A stretch of DNA of 50,589 nucleotides from an uncultured Erysipelotrichaceae bacterium. GTDB taxonomy: Bacteria > Bacillota_I > Bacilli_A > RF39 > UBA660. This document shows, piece by piece, positions 19,531 to 30,186 of the stretch. The notes under the pieces are model-generated. The model made no database searches. It was not told where the DNA came from and worked only from the letters and a program-made list of their open reading frames with translations. The DNA lies in contig CACXGX010000046.1 of the NCBI GenBank assembly GCA_902767365.1, forward strand, positions 1-50,589. The letters are read 5' to 3'. The position numbers and the translations under genes were made by a program. Numbering within the stretch: position 1 is the first letter of the stretch; the number at the start of each line of letters is the position of its first letter.

Positions 19531-20409
19531 CTACCCCTTTATATATTTCATAACGTCATTAATAGTATGATTAAAATTATCATAATCAGTATAAAACCAT
19601 TTAATATTATCAAATTGATTATTAAAAAAAGTATATTGTCTCTTTGCAAGATGGCGAGAATTCTTCTTAATAAGTTCAATAGCATCATCTAAACTCATCT
19701 TTCCATCAAAATAAGAATATAACTCTTTATAACCGATTCCTGTATTAATAGCCTTAGATCTAATATTAGAATCATAAAAAGACTTAACTTCAGAAACGAG
19801 TCCTTCTTGAACCATCCTATCTACTCTATTATTAATTATATTATATAACATTTCTCTATCAGTTGTAAGCCCTATTAATAAAAAATCATAGATTGGTTTA
19901 GAATCTGTATTAATCTTTCCAGAATTATAATTAATATTTAAAAAACGTTCCAATCTTTTTCTATTATTAACGTGTATATTACAACAAGGATCTATTTCCT
20001 TACATTTTTCTAATAATTCTTCATTAGAAAAAGAACCATAATCAAGAGATTTATTTTCATAATTTAATTTATAATCATAAAGGCATGCCCTGATATATAA
20101 ACCACTACCACCACATAAGATAGGTGTTTTACCACGTTTTAAAATATCATCTATAATTAAACGGCAATCTTTTTGATAATCATATATTGTATACATTTCA
20201 TTAACATTTTTAATATCAAAAAGGTGATGAATAACCCCTTCTTTTTCATCATCTTTTATCTTTGCCGTCCCAATATCTAATCCTTTATAAAATTGCATAG
20301 AATCAGCATTAATTATCTCACCATTTAACTTTTTTGCAAGACTTACACTAAGTTTAGTTTTCCCAACCCCAGTAGGTCCAACAATTACAATAATTTTATT
20401 ATTTACCAT
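19531..20409 (-). CDS. miaA: tRNA dimethylallyltransferase
   Basis: GPTGVGKT, NADSMQ.YKGLDIGTAK, GGSGLY, AKRQYTF. Confidence 0.96.
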   Translation of the reverse strand: MVNNKIIVIVGPTGVGKTKLSVSLAKKLNGEIINADSMQFYKGLDIGTAKIKDDEKEGVIHHLFDIKNVNEMYTIYDYQKDCRLIIDDILKRGKTPILCGGSGLYIRACLYDYKLNYENKSLDYGSFSNEELLEKCKEIDPCCNIHVNNRKRLERFLNINYNSGKINTDSKPIYDFLLIGLTTDREMLYNIINNRVDRMVQEGLVSEVKSFYDSNIRSKAINTGIGYKELYSYFDGKMSLDDAIELIKKNSRHLAKRQYTFFNNQFDNIKWFYTDYDNFNHTINDVMKYIKG

Positions 20410-20896
20410 TTCCTATTCCTCTATTAGTTAATAAATAAATACGATTACCATTATCTACTAAATTATCTTCAATTTCTCTAACCTGTATTCCACTTGCAAC
20501 AAGTTCTTTCTTATATCTATTTAGTTTAAATTTCATTTCACTATATTCTTCAAAAGATTTAGTAGCAATTCCAATATTAAAGATTAATGATTCATCAAAA
20601 TAGTCCATATACTCTCTAACACAATCATTAAATGTTGGAGTAATAAAATTTAACTGTCGATGAGTTTTGCGAGAAACTTTAATCATTTGTTCAATAAAAT
20701 CAATACTTAATGGAGCTTTATCAGTAAAAATATATTTATATCCTACACTAAAAAAAGGTTCTCTTATAGTAATAGAATTACTAAAATTATTACAATATTC
20801 AACAACTAAATCATTTTTTTTAACTAATCCTTTTTCAATTAAATAATTAAAAAACTTAAAATTAGATATTACATCATCATGCACAATTTTTTCCAT
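20399..20896 (-). CDS. Hypothetical protein
   Basis: 165-aa ORF, RBS ggtga, overlaps the miaA start. Confidence 0.7.
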   Translation of the reverse strand: MEKIVHDDVISNFKFFNYLIEKGLVKKNDLVVEYCNNFSNSITIREPFFSVGYKYIFTDKAPLSIDFIEQMIKVSRKTHRQLNFITPTFNDCVREYMDYFDESLIFNIGIATKSFEEYSEMKFKLNRYKKELVASGIQVREIEDNLVDNGNRIYLLTNRGIGNGK

Positions 20897-20935
20897 ATAT
20901 AAATCACCAACAACATATTATACATCAATTATATA

Positions 20936-20975
20936 AAAAAGAAAAAGTATTTTATCTAACACAATACTTTTTTTC
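20936..20975 (-). terminator. Terminator downstream of mutL
   Basis: aaaaagtatt...aatacttttt inverted repeat with T-tract on minus strand. Confidence 0.5.
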
Positions 20976-21078
20976 TAATTTAATAGACATAACTTCAACA
21001 TAATTATGTTCTTTTTTTTATATTTTGAATCTAAATATTTATCAATTATTTCCGTAAAACATTCTAAAAAGTAAAATA

Positions 21079-22866
21079 TTAATCTTTAATTCTTTTAAAC
21101 ATTTTAGCAAGTTCATAATTTGAATAACTAATTATTGTAGGTCTACCATGAGCACAATTAAAAGGATTTTTAGTATATCTTAATTTCTCAAGCAAACTTT
21201 CCATATCAGATATAGATATTACTTCATGAGCTCTAACAGAAGCCTTACAAGCTACACCAGCAGCTACTCTATCAATAAACTTTTTAGAATCAAAATCTTC
21301 AGAAGAAATAATAATATCTATTATTTTCTTAATGCAATCCTCAGCTTTATTAGCAGGTAGCCAATATGGATGACTTCTAATTACAATAGTATTTATTCCA
21401 AATTCTTCTATAACAAAACCCATATCAAGTAACAAATCAAAATGCTCTTTTAAAATAATAAATTCTTTATTAGTCATTTCAATTTTTATAGGAACCAATA
21501 AATCTATTGTTTTATTATCATGATTAGATAATCTTTCCAAATAATACTCATAATTTATTCTTTCATCAGCTGCATGTTGATCAATTAAATACATACCATC
21601 TTCATTTTGAGCAACTATATATGTTGCATCAATTGCTCCAATAGGATACATTTTTTTTATTCGATTATCATCTTCATTTTCAATAGAATGATGATATTCT
21701 TCTTTAATATCATTAATAGAATTATTTACACTTATATTATTCTCTTTATCAGTTTCAATCATATTTTCATTATCATTTATTTCTTCTTTATCATCTAAAG
21801 AAAGAGTTTCAAATGAATAATTATTATTATCTATAACCGTTTCTTCATCTACCTTATAATAAGTACCTACACTAGGCATTAAATTAGTTGTATCTAATTT
21901 ATCTTTAATTGAAGATAAAAGTAACTCCTTTAGAGTATCCATCTTAGAAAATTTTATATCCATCTTTGTAGGATGAACATTAACATCAATTAAAATAGGA
22001 TCAACATTAATATTTAATACAACAATCGGAATCTTACCATCAGGTATATGCATATAATAAGCATCAAGAATAATTCTATTAATTTCAGTATTTTTAATTA
22101 CTCTTCCATTTACTAGTATATTAATATTACTTTTTGAGCTTCTAGCACATTCTGGATAAGAAATATATCCATTTATTTCATAATCATCATTACTGCATTC
22201 AATTGGAATCATTTTTTTAGTAATATCCATTCCATAAACATTACCAATAACTTTTAACAAATTACCAGATCCATCAGTATTTAATAAAACTTTACCATTA
22301 TTAGTTAAAATAAACCTAATACTTGGAAAAGAAAGTGCCATCTTATTGACATATTCACAAATATTAGCAAGTTCAGTATAAAGGTTTCTTAAATATTTTA
22401 ATCTAACAGGAGTGTTATAAAATAAATTTTTAACTGTAATTCTAGTACCCTTTTTCAAATCACTAGACTTTGTTTCTTTAATTTCACCGCCATCAATTAT
22501 AACTGTTGTTCCAACAGAACCATTACAAGTTTTTAATTCTACTAAACTAACAGCTGCTATTGAAGGAAGAGCCTCTCCTCGAAAGCCTAAACTATCTACA
22601 TAAAATAAATCTTCTAAACTTTTAATTTTACTAGTTGCGTGTCTAGAAAAAGCAAGGACAGCATCTTCTCTGTCCATACCTATTCCATCATCAATAACAG
22701 TAATTTCTTTAACACCACTATCAACCAAATTGATTTTTATTTCACTAGATTTAGCGTCAATTGAATTCTCAACTAATTCTTTAACAACATTCATGCATCT
22801 TTCAACAACTTCTCCAGCAGCAATTTTATTAGCTAAGTTTTCACTCATTACCTCTATTTTTCCCAT
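21079..22866 (-). CDS. mutL: DNA mismatch repair endonuclease MutL
   Basis: NKIAAGEVVER, GFRGEAL, DQHAADERINYE, ACK, CAHGRP. Confidence 0.97.
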   Translation of the reverse strand: MGKIEVMSENLANKIAAGEVVERCMNVVKELVENSIDAKSSEIKINLVDSGVKEITVIDDGIGMDREDAVLAFSRHATSKIKSLEDLFYVDSLGFRGEALPSIAAVSLVELKTCNGSVGTTVIIDGGEIKETKSSDLKKGTRITVKNLFYNTPVRLKYLRNLYTELANICEYVNKMALSFPSIRFILTNNGKVLLNTDGSGNLLKVIGNVYGMDITKKMIPIECSNDDYEINGYISYPECARSSKSNINILVNGRVIKNTEINRIILDAYYMHIPDGKIPIVVLNINVDPILIDVNVHPTKMDIKFSKMDTLKELLLSSIKDKLDTTNLMPSVGTYYKVDEETVIDNNNYSFETLSLDDKEEINDNENMIETDKENNISVNNSINDIKEEYHHSIENEDDNRIKKMYPIGAIDATYIVAQNEDGMYLIDQHAADERINYEYYLERLSNHDNKTIDLLVPIKIEMTNKEFIILKEHFDLLLDMGFVIEEFGINTIVIRSHPYWLPANKAEDCIKKIIDIIISSEDFDSKKFIDRVAAGVACKASVRAHEVISISDMESLLEKLRYTKNPFNCAHGRPTIISYSNYELAKMFKRIKD

Positions 22867-22876
22867 ATCATAATCC

Positions 22877-23257
22877 TTAATTTATTTCATAAAATGATTT
22901 TGAAATTGGATCAACCTCATATTTATATACAACATTAGTAATAGTATTAGTAACAGTAACAATATATTTTGCATCTTTAGATACTGTAGCAGAATAACTA
23001 AAATTATCACTATTATAAATACTTTTTACCAATTCAACTGCATCATCAGCCTTCATTCCATAAGCTTCTACTATATCATTCTCAACAATAGGAGTCCCTT
23101 TATCTTCATGAGGTTTCTTTTCTTCAACTTTAGCATCATCACCTTTTTTAAATATCAAAAAAGTTCCAAGAAAAACAACTAAAACAATAACTACAACAAT
23201 AATTATTAATTCTATATTATTTTTTTTGACTTTTTTAGTTTCTTTATTATTATCCAT
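22877..23257 (-). CDS. Membrane-anchored hypothetical protein (possible PepSY-like domain)
   Basis: Basic N-terminus, TM helix, C-terminal DDAVELVK...YIVTV...YEVDP pattern. Confidence 0.7.
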   Translation of the reverse strand: MDNNKETKKVKKNNIELIIIVVVIVLVVFLGTFLIFKKGDDAKVEEKKPHEDKGTPIVENDIVEAYGMKADDAVELVKSIYNSDNFSYSATVSKDAKYIVTVTNTITNVVYKYEVDPISKSFYEIN

Positions 23258-23310
23258 ATTAATCTACCCTTTCTAATAAAATTATACAATACCAATATTA
23301 AAAAGTAAAT

Positions 23311-25101
23311 TTATGATTCAATATTTTTTAAATAATTAAACAAATTATCAGCAGCACTCTTAGAAATAATAGATTCAATATCTTTTGGATCTGCTTCTTT
23401 AATTTTTTTCAAAGAACCATATTTTTTTAACAATTCCTTTTTTCTAACTTCCCCTATTCCATCAACCATATCAAGAATACTAGATAACATTCCATGAGCT
23501 TTAATAGTTCTATGATAACTAATTGCATAATTATGGACTTCATCTTGTATCTTAGTTAAAAACAAAAATAAATTACTTTTTGGATCTATATCTATAATAT
23601 TTAAATCAGAATCTACAATACAACTAGTTCTATGCTTATCATTCTTCTTAAGACCAATAATTTTTATATTTAGCCCTAAAGAATCTATTATATCTTTAGC
23701 AACACTAACTTGTAATTCTCCACCATCTACAATTATTAAATCAGGTTTATCCAAATTTTCCATCAGTACTTTAAAATATCTTCTATATATTACTTCTTTC
23801 ATAGCAGATAAATCATCTTTAACATCAGCACTTATTTTAAATTTACGATATAAATTTTTATTAGGTAATAAATCATCAAATACAACCATTCCTGCAACAT
23901 AAAAAGTTCCAAACAAATGAGAGTTATCAAACGTTTCAATTCTATGTACAGGAAAACCAATTATCTTTTCTAAATCCTTTAAAGCTGATAATCTAGCATC
24001 ATCATTTCTTTTTAAAGAAGACATTTTTTCATCAAGAACCATTTTAGCATTAGATATAGAAAGATTTAATAAATTTTTTAAATCACCTCTTTTAGGAATG
24101 TTTACTTTTGTAGACAAATAAGAAGATAATATATCCACATCTATCATTTCAGGTACTAAAATCTCTTTTGGAACAATATTACCTTTTTCATAGTATTTAA
24201 TAATATATTCAAGAAATGATTCATTTTCATCACCTACATAATTAATAATATCAGAGTGATGCCCGAATAAAATACCATCTCTTATAAAAAAGACCTGTAT
24301 AGATAAATAATTATTTTCATTATAAAAACCAAATAAATCTAAATTGTAATTATTGTTCAAATCAATTCTTTGTTTTGCAAGAGTTACATTTATATCATCA
24401 AGCATATTCTTTAATTCTAATGCTTTTTCATAATTCATTTGTTCACTTGCCTTATTCATATCACTTTCAAGTCTTTTAGAAATTATTTCTTTATTACCAT
24501 TTAAAAAAGCAATTATTTCCTGTTTCATTTTATTAAGTTCATTCAAATCAATATTATCCATTTTACAATAGCCAAGACATTCTCCAATATGGTAATAAAG
24601 ACATACATCTTTACCTAAATGATTACACTTTCTTAAAGGATAAACACGATTAACAACATCTACAGTTTTTCTAGCAGCAGAAACATTTGGATATGGTCCA
24701 AAAAATTTACTTTTATTTTTATTTTTTTTACGATTTAAATTCCTAACAACATTTAAAGTAGGATAAATATCATCAGTAAGTTCAATATAAGGATAACTCT
24801 TATCATCTTTTAATAAAATATTATATTTTGGATCATACTTTTTTATTAAAGTAATCTCCAAAATTAAAGATTCAAGTTCAGTATTAGTAACTATATATTC
24901 GAAGTCTACAATATCATTTACAAGCATTAAAGTTTTTCCAGTAACTGTACGTGTAAAATAACTCTTTAATCTTCTTTTTAAATTTTTAGCTTTCCCAACA
25001 TAAATAATAATACCATCTTTATTTTTCATTTGATAACTACCAGGTAATTCTGGTACTAAAGATAACTTTTCTTTAATATGCTCTTTAATACTATTTTCCA
25101 T
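23311..25101 (-). CDS. uvrC: Excinuclease ABC subunit C
   Basis: GIY-YIG IIYVGKAKNL, LLKDDKSYPY, FDNSH, DGG, QDEVH, HhH tail. Confidence 0.97.
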   Translation of the reverse strand: MENSIKEHIKEKLSLVPELPGSYQMKNKDGIIIYVGKAKNLKRRLKSYFTRTVTGKTLMLVNDIVDFEYIVTNTELESLILEITLIKKYDPKYNILLKDDKSYPYIELTDDIYPTLNVVRNLNRKKNKNKSKFFGPYPNVSAARKTVDVVNRVYPLRKCNHLGKDVCLYYHIGECLGYCKMDNIDLNELNKMKQEIIAFLNGNKEIISKRLESDMNKASEQMNYEKALELKNMLDDINVTLAKQRIDLNNNYNLDLFGFYNENNYLSIQVFFIRDGILFGHHSDIINYVGDENESFLEYIIKYYEKGNIVPKEILVPEMIDVDILSSYLSTKVNIPKRGDLKNLLNLSISNAKMVLDEKMSSLKRNDDARLSALKDLEKIIGFPVHRIETFDNSHLFGTFYVAGMVVFDDLLPNKNLYRKFKISADVKDDLSAMKEVIYRRYFKVLMENLDKPDLIIVDGGELQVSVAKDIIDSLGLNIKIIGLKKNDKHRTSCIVDSDLNIIDIDPKSNLFLFLTKIQDEVHNYAISYHRTIKAHGMLSSILDMVDGIGEVRKKELLKKYGSLKKIKEADPKDIESIISKSAADNLFNYLKNIES

Positions 25102-25129
25102 AATATCACCACTAAAAGTATAACAAATA

Positions 25130-26026
25130 TTATCTTTTAATAAAAGTATGTCTTGAGAAATCTATTGTATAAGCCTTACGCATCTCTTCAATAGATGAAT
25201 TAAGGAACTTATTTTCAATATCATTTGAATAAACTCTTCTTATATCATCTTCAAGTGGAGAGCTTTTAATTCCATTATAATCAAACAAATAATTAATAGC
25301 TCCATCTTTCATACTCCATTTTCTATTTTCTTTATCAGGTGAAATAAAGCGATAATCATATTCAGCTAATCTAGTATTAACTGTATACAATAAATATAAT
25401 GCTAATAAAGAAGCCTTATCAAAATCACTTGTAAAAATATTATTATCAAAATTATAATATTTAGCATTATAAAAAAATAAATTAGTACCAAAAAACATGA
25501 CAGAAGAAATATTAAATGAACATAAATCTTGAATTTGTAATCCATCATAATCTATAAACTTTACCAATTTAGTTTCAGGATCAAAAAGGATATTAGAAGG
25601 ACTAGCAAGATCTGGAAGGATAATTGATTCATTATGAAGATTTTTAACTGCATTTGCAACAGCAATAAAAGAATCCGTAATAAAATCTAAATCTTTAGAA
25701 CCAGACAAATAATAATCAAAAGATTTAAGATCAACAAAAGGTACTGTATAACCAACTAAACCATCTTTATTCATATACATACCATCAGGAGTAACAACGC
25801 TACTATCACTAATAGAATTTGAAAGTTGTAATTTTTTATATAAATTACTACAAAAGTCATAATAAAGATTTTGGCCATCATAGTCCAAACAATCATAAGA
25901 CTTAATCATTTTAAATATTTTTCCATTTTCTAAACGATAAGTATCCGTAAATGTAGAACCATTACATATCAAAGTTGCATTATTTAAAATAGCAGGATCA
26001 AACTCTCTAACTTGTAATTTTTTCAT
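25130..26026 (-). CDS. Protein-kinase-like fold protein
   Basis: IFK (beta3 Lys), GYTVPFV hinge, ILPDLASPSNIL catalytic loop, FIDYDG. Confidence 0.65.
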   Translation of the reverse strand: MKKLQVREFDPAILNNATLICNGSTFTDTYRLENGKIFKMIKSYDCLDYDGQNLYYDFCSNLYKKLQLSNSISDSSVVTPDGMYMNKDGLVGYTVPFVDLKSFDYYLSGSKDLDFITDSFIAVANAVKNLHNESIILPDLASPSNILFDPETKLVKFIDYDGLQIQDLCSFNISSVMFFGTNLFFYNAKYYNFDNNIFTSDFDKASLLALYLLYTVNTRLAEYDYRFISPDKENRKWSMKDGAINYLFDYNGIKSSPLEDDIRRVYSNDIENKFLNSSIEEMRKAYTIDFSRHTFIKR

Positions 26027-26107
26027 ATTATCCCCCCAAAAACTAAACGATATTATATCATACTTTTAAAAAAAAATAAAATAATATATAATTAATTTGG
26101 TGATATT

Positions 26108-26677
26108 ATGAAATCAATAAAAAATAATATTTCAAATAAAATAATAATTAATAAATCAGAATTTATATGTGAGCTAATAAAAGTAAAAGAATTAAAAGAA
26201 GTGGATGAGAATATTAAATCAATTAAAAATAAATATAAAGATGCGACTCACTATTGCTATGCTTATATAATCAATGACAAAAGAAAATCAAGTGACGATG
26301 GAGAGCCCGGCGGAACTGCAGGTGTCCCAATAATGGAAACACTAAACATAAAAGATTTAAATTATATTTTGTGCGTAGTAATAAGATACTTTGGAGGTAT
26401 AAAATTAGGTGCTGGCGGTCTTGTAAGAGCATATAGAAAAGCAGTAAACGAATGTCTAGAAAAAAGTGAATATTATGAATTAGTAAATGGATATCAATTG
26501 ATAATAGAAACAAGTTATGATAAACAAACAGAAATAGAACAAATTATAAAAGATAAATATTCTAAAGAATTTAATGAAAAAGTAACATATAAAATAGAAT
26601 GTAATAAAAAAACAAAGGAAATATTAGAACAAAAATATAAAATAATAGAACAAAAAGAAAAAGTAATAGAAATATAA
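26108..26677 (+). CDS. YigZ/IMPACT family protein
   Basis: DATHYCYAY, SDDGEPGGTAG, RYFGGIKLGAGGLVRAY. Confidence 0.95.
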   Translation: MKSIKNNISNKIIINKSEFICELIKVKELKEVDENIKSIKNKYKDATHYCYAYIINDKRKSSDDGEPGGTAGVPIMETLNIKDLNYILCVVIRYFGGIKLGAGGLVRAYRKAVNECLEKSEYYELVNGYQLIIETSYDKQTEIEQIIKDKYSKEFNEKVTYKIECNKKTKEILEQKYKIIEQKEKVIEI

Positions 26678-26697
26678 TTAAATCTATTACTTTTTTT
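26658..26697 (+). terminator. Terminator of the yigZ-like gene
   Basis: aaaaagtaataga...tctattacttttttt. Confidence 0.6.
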
Positions 26698-26809
26698 AGT
26701 TATTTCATTTGTATTATTTCTTTTAGATGAACTTAAAATATCGATAAACCATACTTTTCAAATTATTCAATAGAAATAAAGAAAGAAAATACATCATCAC
26801 AAGAAAAAA

Positions 26810-27526
26810 CTATTTATATTTATTTACAATTTCTAATGCTTTCTCTTGATTTATTCTCAACTTATCACTATAAATAAGTTTCTCAGCAAAACCAACTCTA
26901 ATAACTTTATGATTTAATAAAGAATCCAAGCAAGATAAATTAAAGTTTTCTTTAGTATCATATCCTCTAAACTTTTCATTTAAAAGAAGTATTTCATCAA
27001 CTGCATCATTAGTATTTTTCGTAATATTACCTACAATTGGACTAATATTAAATAAATAATTTCTAATTGCAGACTCTTGAATTAAATCAAACTTAAGTAC
27101 AGGTAAAGATAATATTATAATACCAATTAAAGAAATAATTATACCTTCAAGTACTCCTAAAATACAACCAAATACTTTTGATGGAACTGCTAGAATAAAA
27201 GTAATTTTAAGCAATTTTTCAACTATCTTAGCTAAAACAATAACTAATGAATAAATAACCATTAAAATTGCAAATACTATAAAAAAAGCAATAAGTTGAT
27301 ATATTATAACATTAAGTATCGTTGCACCTTCAAAACTTCCAGAAAAGTTAAAGAAAGGAAGATTCATACTCATCCATTCTGCTAAAGGATTTTTTAATAA
27401 ATAAGAAAGTATAAAAACTAATACAATACCTACAAATGAAACTAAAGTTCTTACAAATCCTTTTTTTAACCCAATAATACCACACAGTATTATTATCAAA
27501 ATAACTAAAACATCTATAATATTCAT
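26810..27526 (-). CDS. CvpA family membrane protein
   Basis: MNIIDVLVI...GLKKGFV, KVFGCILGVLEG. Confidence 0.85.
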   Translation of the reverse strand: MNIIDVLVILIIILCGIIGLKKGFVRTLVSFVGIVLVFILSYLLKNPLAEWMSMNLPFFNFSGSFEGATILNVIIYQLIAFFIVFAILMVIYSLVIVLAKIVEKLLKITFILAVPSKVFGCILGVLEGIIISLIGIIILSLPVLKFDLIQESAIRNYLFNISPIVGNITKNTNDAVDEILLLNEKFRGYDTKENFNLSCLDSLLNHKVIRVGFAEKLIYSDKLRINQEKALEIVNKYK

Positions 27527-27574
27527 ATCACACCTACTCTAATAATATTATATCTTAAGAAAAACATTAGTCAA

Positions 27575-30118
27575 TTATTTGTCAATATTCTGCTTTAATT
27601 CATATAAAATATTTAAAGCTTCAATAGGAGTTGTTTCAAGAGGATTAATCTTCCTTAATTTTTCAATTACCTCATCATTTGAATTACTAGTAGTTGAAAA
27701 ATCTAAAGGTAATTCAATTTGTTTAAATTTATTATCTTTCTTATTTTTAGTTTCATAAAAACTTAAAACTTCATTTGCTCTATCTATTACCTCTTTTGGT
27801 AATTTAGCAAGACTTGCAACATGAATTCCATAACTCTTATCAACAGCTCCATTTTTAACTTTATGTAAAAAAGTAATTTTACCTTCTTCTTCTATAGCAC
27901 TAACATGGACATTTTTTAAATGTTTTAAATCCATTGCTAAACTAGTTAATTCATGATAATGCGTAGAAAACATTGTTTTACAATGAATCTTATCATGTAT
28001 ATACTCCAAAATTGATTGAGCAAGACTCATTCCATCATATGTAGCTGTTCCTCTTCCTAATTCATCAAATAAAATTAAACTATTAGGAGTAGCTTCATGA
28101 ATGGCATTATTAGCTTCCTTCATTTCCACCATAAATGTTGAATCTCCACTAACCAAATCATCACTAGCACCTATTCTTGTAAATATTTTATCAAAAATAG
28201 GAATTGAACAACTTTTAGCAGGAACAAAAGAACCAATTTGAGCCATTATAATAATAATTGCAAGAGTTCTCATATAAGTTGACTTACCAGCCATATTAGG
28301 ACCAGTAATCAATAATACATCAACATCATCACTCATAATAATATCATTAGGAACGAATTCATCTTTAATTACTTTTTCAACTACTGGATGTCTCGCATCC
28401 CTTATATCAATTTTTTTGCTGTCTACTAATACAGGTTTAACAAAATTATTCTCTTCACTAACAGTAGCAAAAGATACAAGCATATCTATCAATGCAAGAG
28501 TTTTAGAAGTTTCTTGAAGCTTTACAATATATTCTTTAACTTTATCTCTAATTTCCATAAATAATTTATATTCAAGGTTAATAATTCTTTCTTCCGCTCC
28601 AAGAATAATATTTTCTTTTTCTTTAAGAAGAGGAGTAATAAACCTTTCACAATTAACTAAAGTTTGTTTTCTTTCATATCCATACTCAGGTTTAATAAGA
28701 GGTATACTTCCTTTGCTAACCTCAATATAATAACCAAATACTTTATTATATCCAAGTTTTAAATTTTTAATACCAGTACGTTCTTTTTCTTCTCTTTCAA
28801 TATTTAATAAAAAATCTTTAGATCCACTCTTAACTGTTCTTAATTCATCAAGTTCACTATTATAACCAGATTTTATTATTCCTCCCTCTTTAATACCAAT
28901 TGGTGGATCATCTTCAATTGTTTTTTCTAATAAATCATACAAATCTTCAAAAGTATCAATACTCTTATAAAAATTTATATCTTTTAAAATAGATTTAATA
29001 TTTGGAAGTACTTTTAAACTTCTTTTTAATTGTAACAAATCACGAGCATTAACATTACCATAACTAATTCTTCCAGATAGCCTTTCTAAATCATATACTT
29101 CATCAAGTAAATCAATTAAATCATTTTTTAAAATAAATTCAGTTAATAATGATTCTATTATAGAATAACGTCTTTCTATTTCCTCTTTATCAGTTAATGG
29201 ATTTTCAATATTATATTTTAAAAGCCTACTTCCCATTGCTGTTTTAGTCTTATCCAAAAGCCATAAAAGAGAATAAGTTCTTTCATGTAATCTTAGCGTT
29301 TCAACAAGTTCTAGATTTCTTTTCGTATGATTATCAAATAATAAATAATTATTTAAATCAATAATAGAAGCTTTCTGAAGATGAGACATATCTCCCTTCT
29401 TTGTATCTAAGATGTATAAAAGAAGATGATTTACAACAGTTACCATTCTAATATCTTTTAAATCGCTAGTAATATAACTATATTCTTCCTTGTCATATAT
29501 TTCATCCCTAATTGTAACTAAAACATGATAATTATTTTTAAGAATATATATTATTTCTCTATCAATCTTATCATTAACTATTACTTCTTTAATATTTCGA
29601 TTAATTATTTCTTTAATAACTTTCTCTTTATCATGAGGAAGCATAATAACATAAAAATATCCAGTTGTTATATCAGCATAACTAATACCATAAGAATAAT
29701 CAAAATCATAAATATTTCCAATATAGTTTGAATCTTTTTCCGATAAAGTATTATCTATTATTGTACCCTTTGTAACTACTTGAACGACATCTCTATCAAC
29801 CATTCCTTTAGTTTCCTTAGGATCAGTTAACTGTTCACAAATTGCAACCTTATACCCTTTATCTACCAATTTCTCTAAATATTGAAGATATGCATGATAT
29901 GGTACACCACACATAGGAACCCTCTCATCAAGTCCAGCATTTCTTCCTGTTAATGTTAGTTCTAATTCACGAGAACATAAAATAGCATCTTCAAAAAACA
30001 TTTCATAGAAATCACCAAGTCTATAAAATATAATAGTATCATTATATTTTTCTTTTATTTCTAAGTATTTAGCCATCATTGGACTTATTTTAGTTAAATC
30101 TACTTCACTTCGTTTCAT
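27575..30118 (-). CDS. mutS: DNA mismatch repair protein MutS
   Basis: PMM..Y, GDFYEMF, PMCGVP, TGPNMAGKSTYMR, STFMVEM, DELGRGT, STHYHEL. Confidence 0.98.
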   Translation of the reverse strand: MKRSEVDLTKISPMMAKYLEIKEKYNDTIIFYRLGDFYEMFFEDAILCSRELELTLTGRNAGLDERVPMCGVPYHAYLQYLEKLVDKGYKVAICEQLTDPKETKGMVDRDVVQVVTKGTIIDNTLSEKDSNYIGNIYDFDYSYGISYADITTGYFYVIMLPHDKEKVIKEIINRNIKEVIVNDKIDREIIYILKNNYHVLVTIRDEIYDKEEYSYITSDLKDIRMVTVVNHLLLYILDTKKGDMSHLQKASIIDLNNYLLFDNHTKRNLELVETLRLHERTYSLLWLLDKTKTAMGSRLLKYNIENPLTDKEEIERRYSIIESLLTEFILKNDLIDLLDEVYDLERLSGRISYGNVNARDLLQLKRSLKVLPNIKSILKDINFYKSIDTFEDLYDLLEKTIEDDPPIGIKEGGIIKSGYNSELDELRTVKSGSKDFLLNIEREEKERTGIKNLKLGYNKVFGYYIEVSKGSIPLIKPEYGYERKQTLVNCERFITPLLKEKENIILGAEERIINLEYKLFMEIRDKVKEYIVKLQETSKTLALIDMLVSFATVSEENNFVKPVLVDSKKIDIRDARHPVVEKVIKDEFVPNDIIMSDDVDVLLITGPNMAGKSTYMRTLAIIIIMAQIGSFVPAKSCSIPIFDKIFTRIGASDDLVSGDSTFMVEMKEANNAIHEATPNSLILFDELGRGTATYDGMSLAQSILEYIHDKIHCKTMFSTHYHELTSLAMDLKHLKNVHVSAIEEEGKITFLHKVKNGAVDKSYGIHVASLAKLPKEVIDRANEVLSFYETKNKKDNKFKQIELPLDFSTTSNSNDEVIEKLRKINPLETTPIEALNILYELKQNIDK

Positions 30119-30186
30119 AATTACACCTCAAGTAAAAACATTGCAAAAAATATTATAACACAAAGATAAACAATAAAAAAGAAGGT

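Noticed and set aside
20985-21012. aacataattatgtt palindrome with TTATGT half-sites as another Xer site
   Set aside because: No 11-6-11 geometry; more likely a local hairpin or operator and too weak to call
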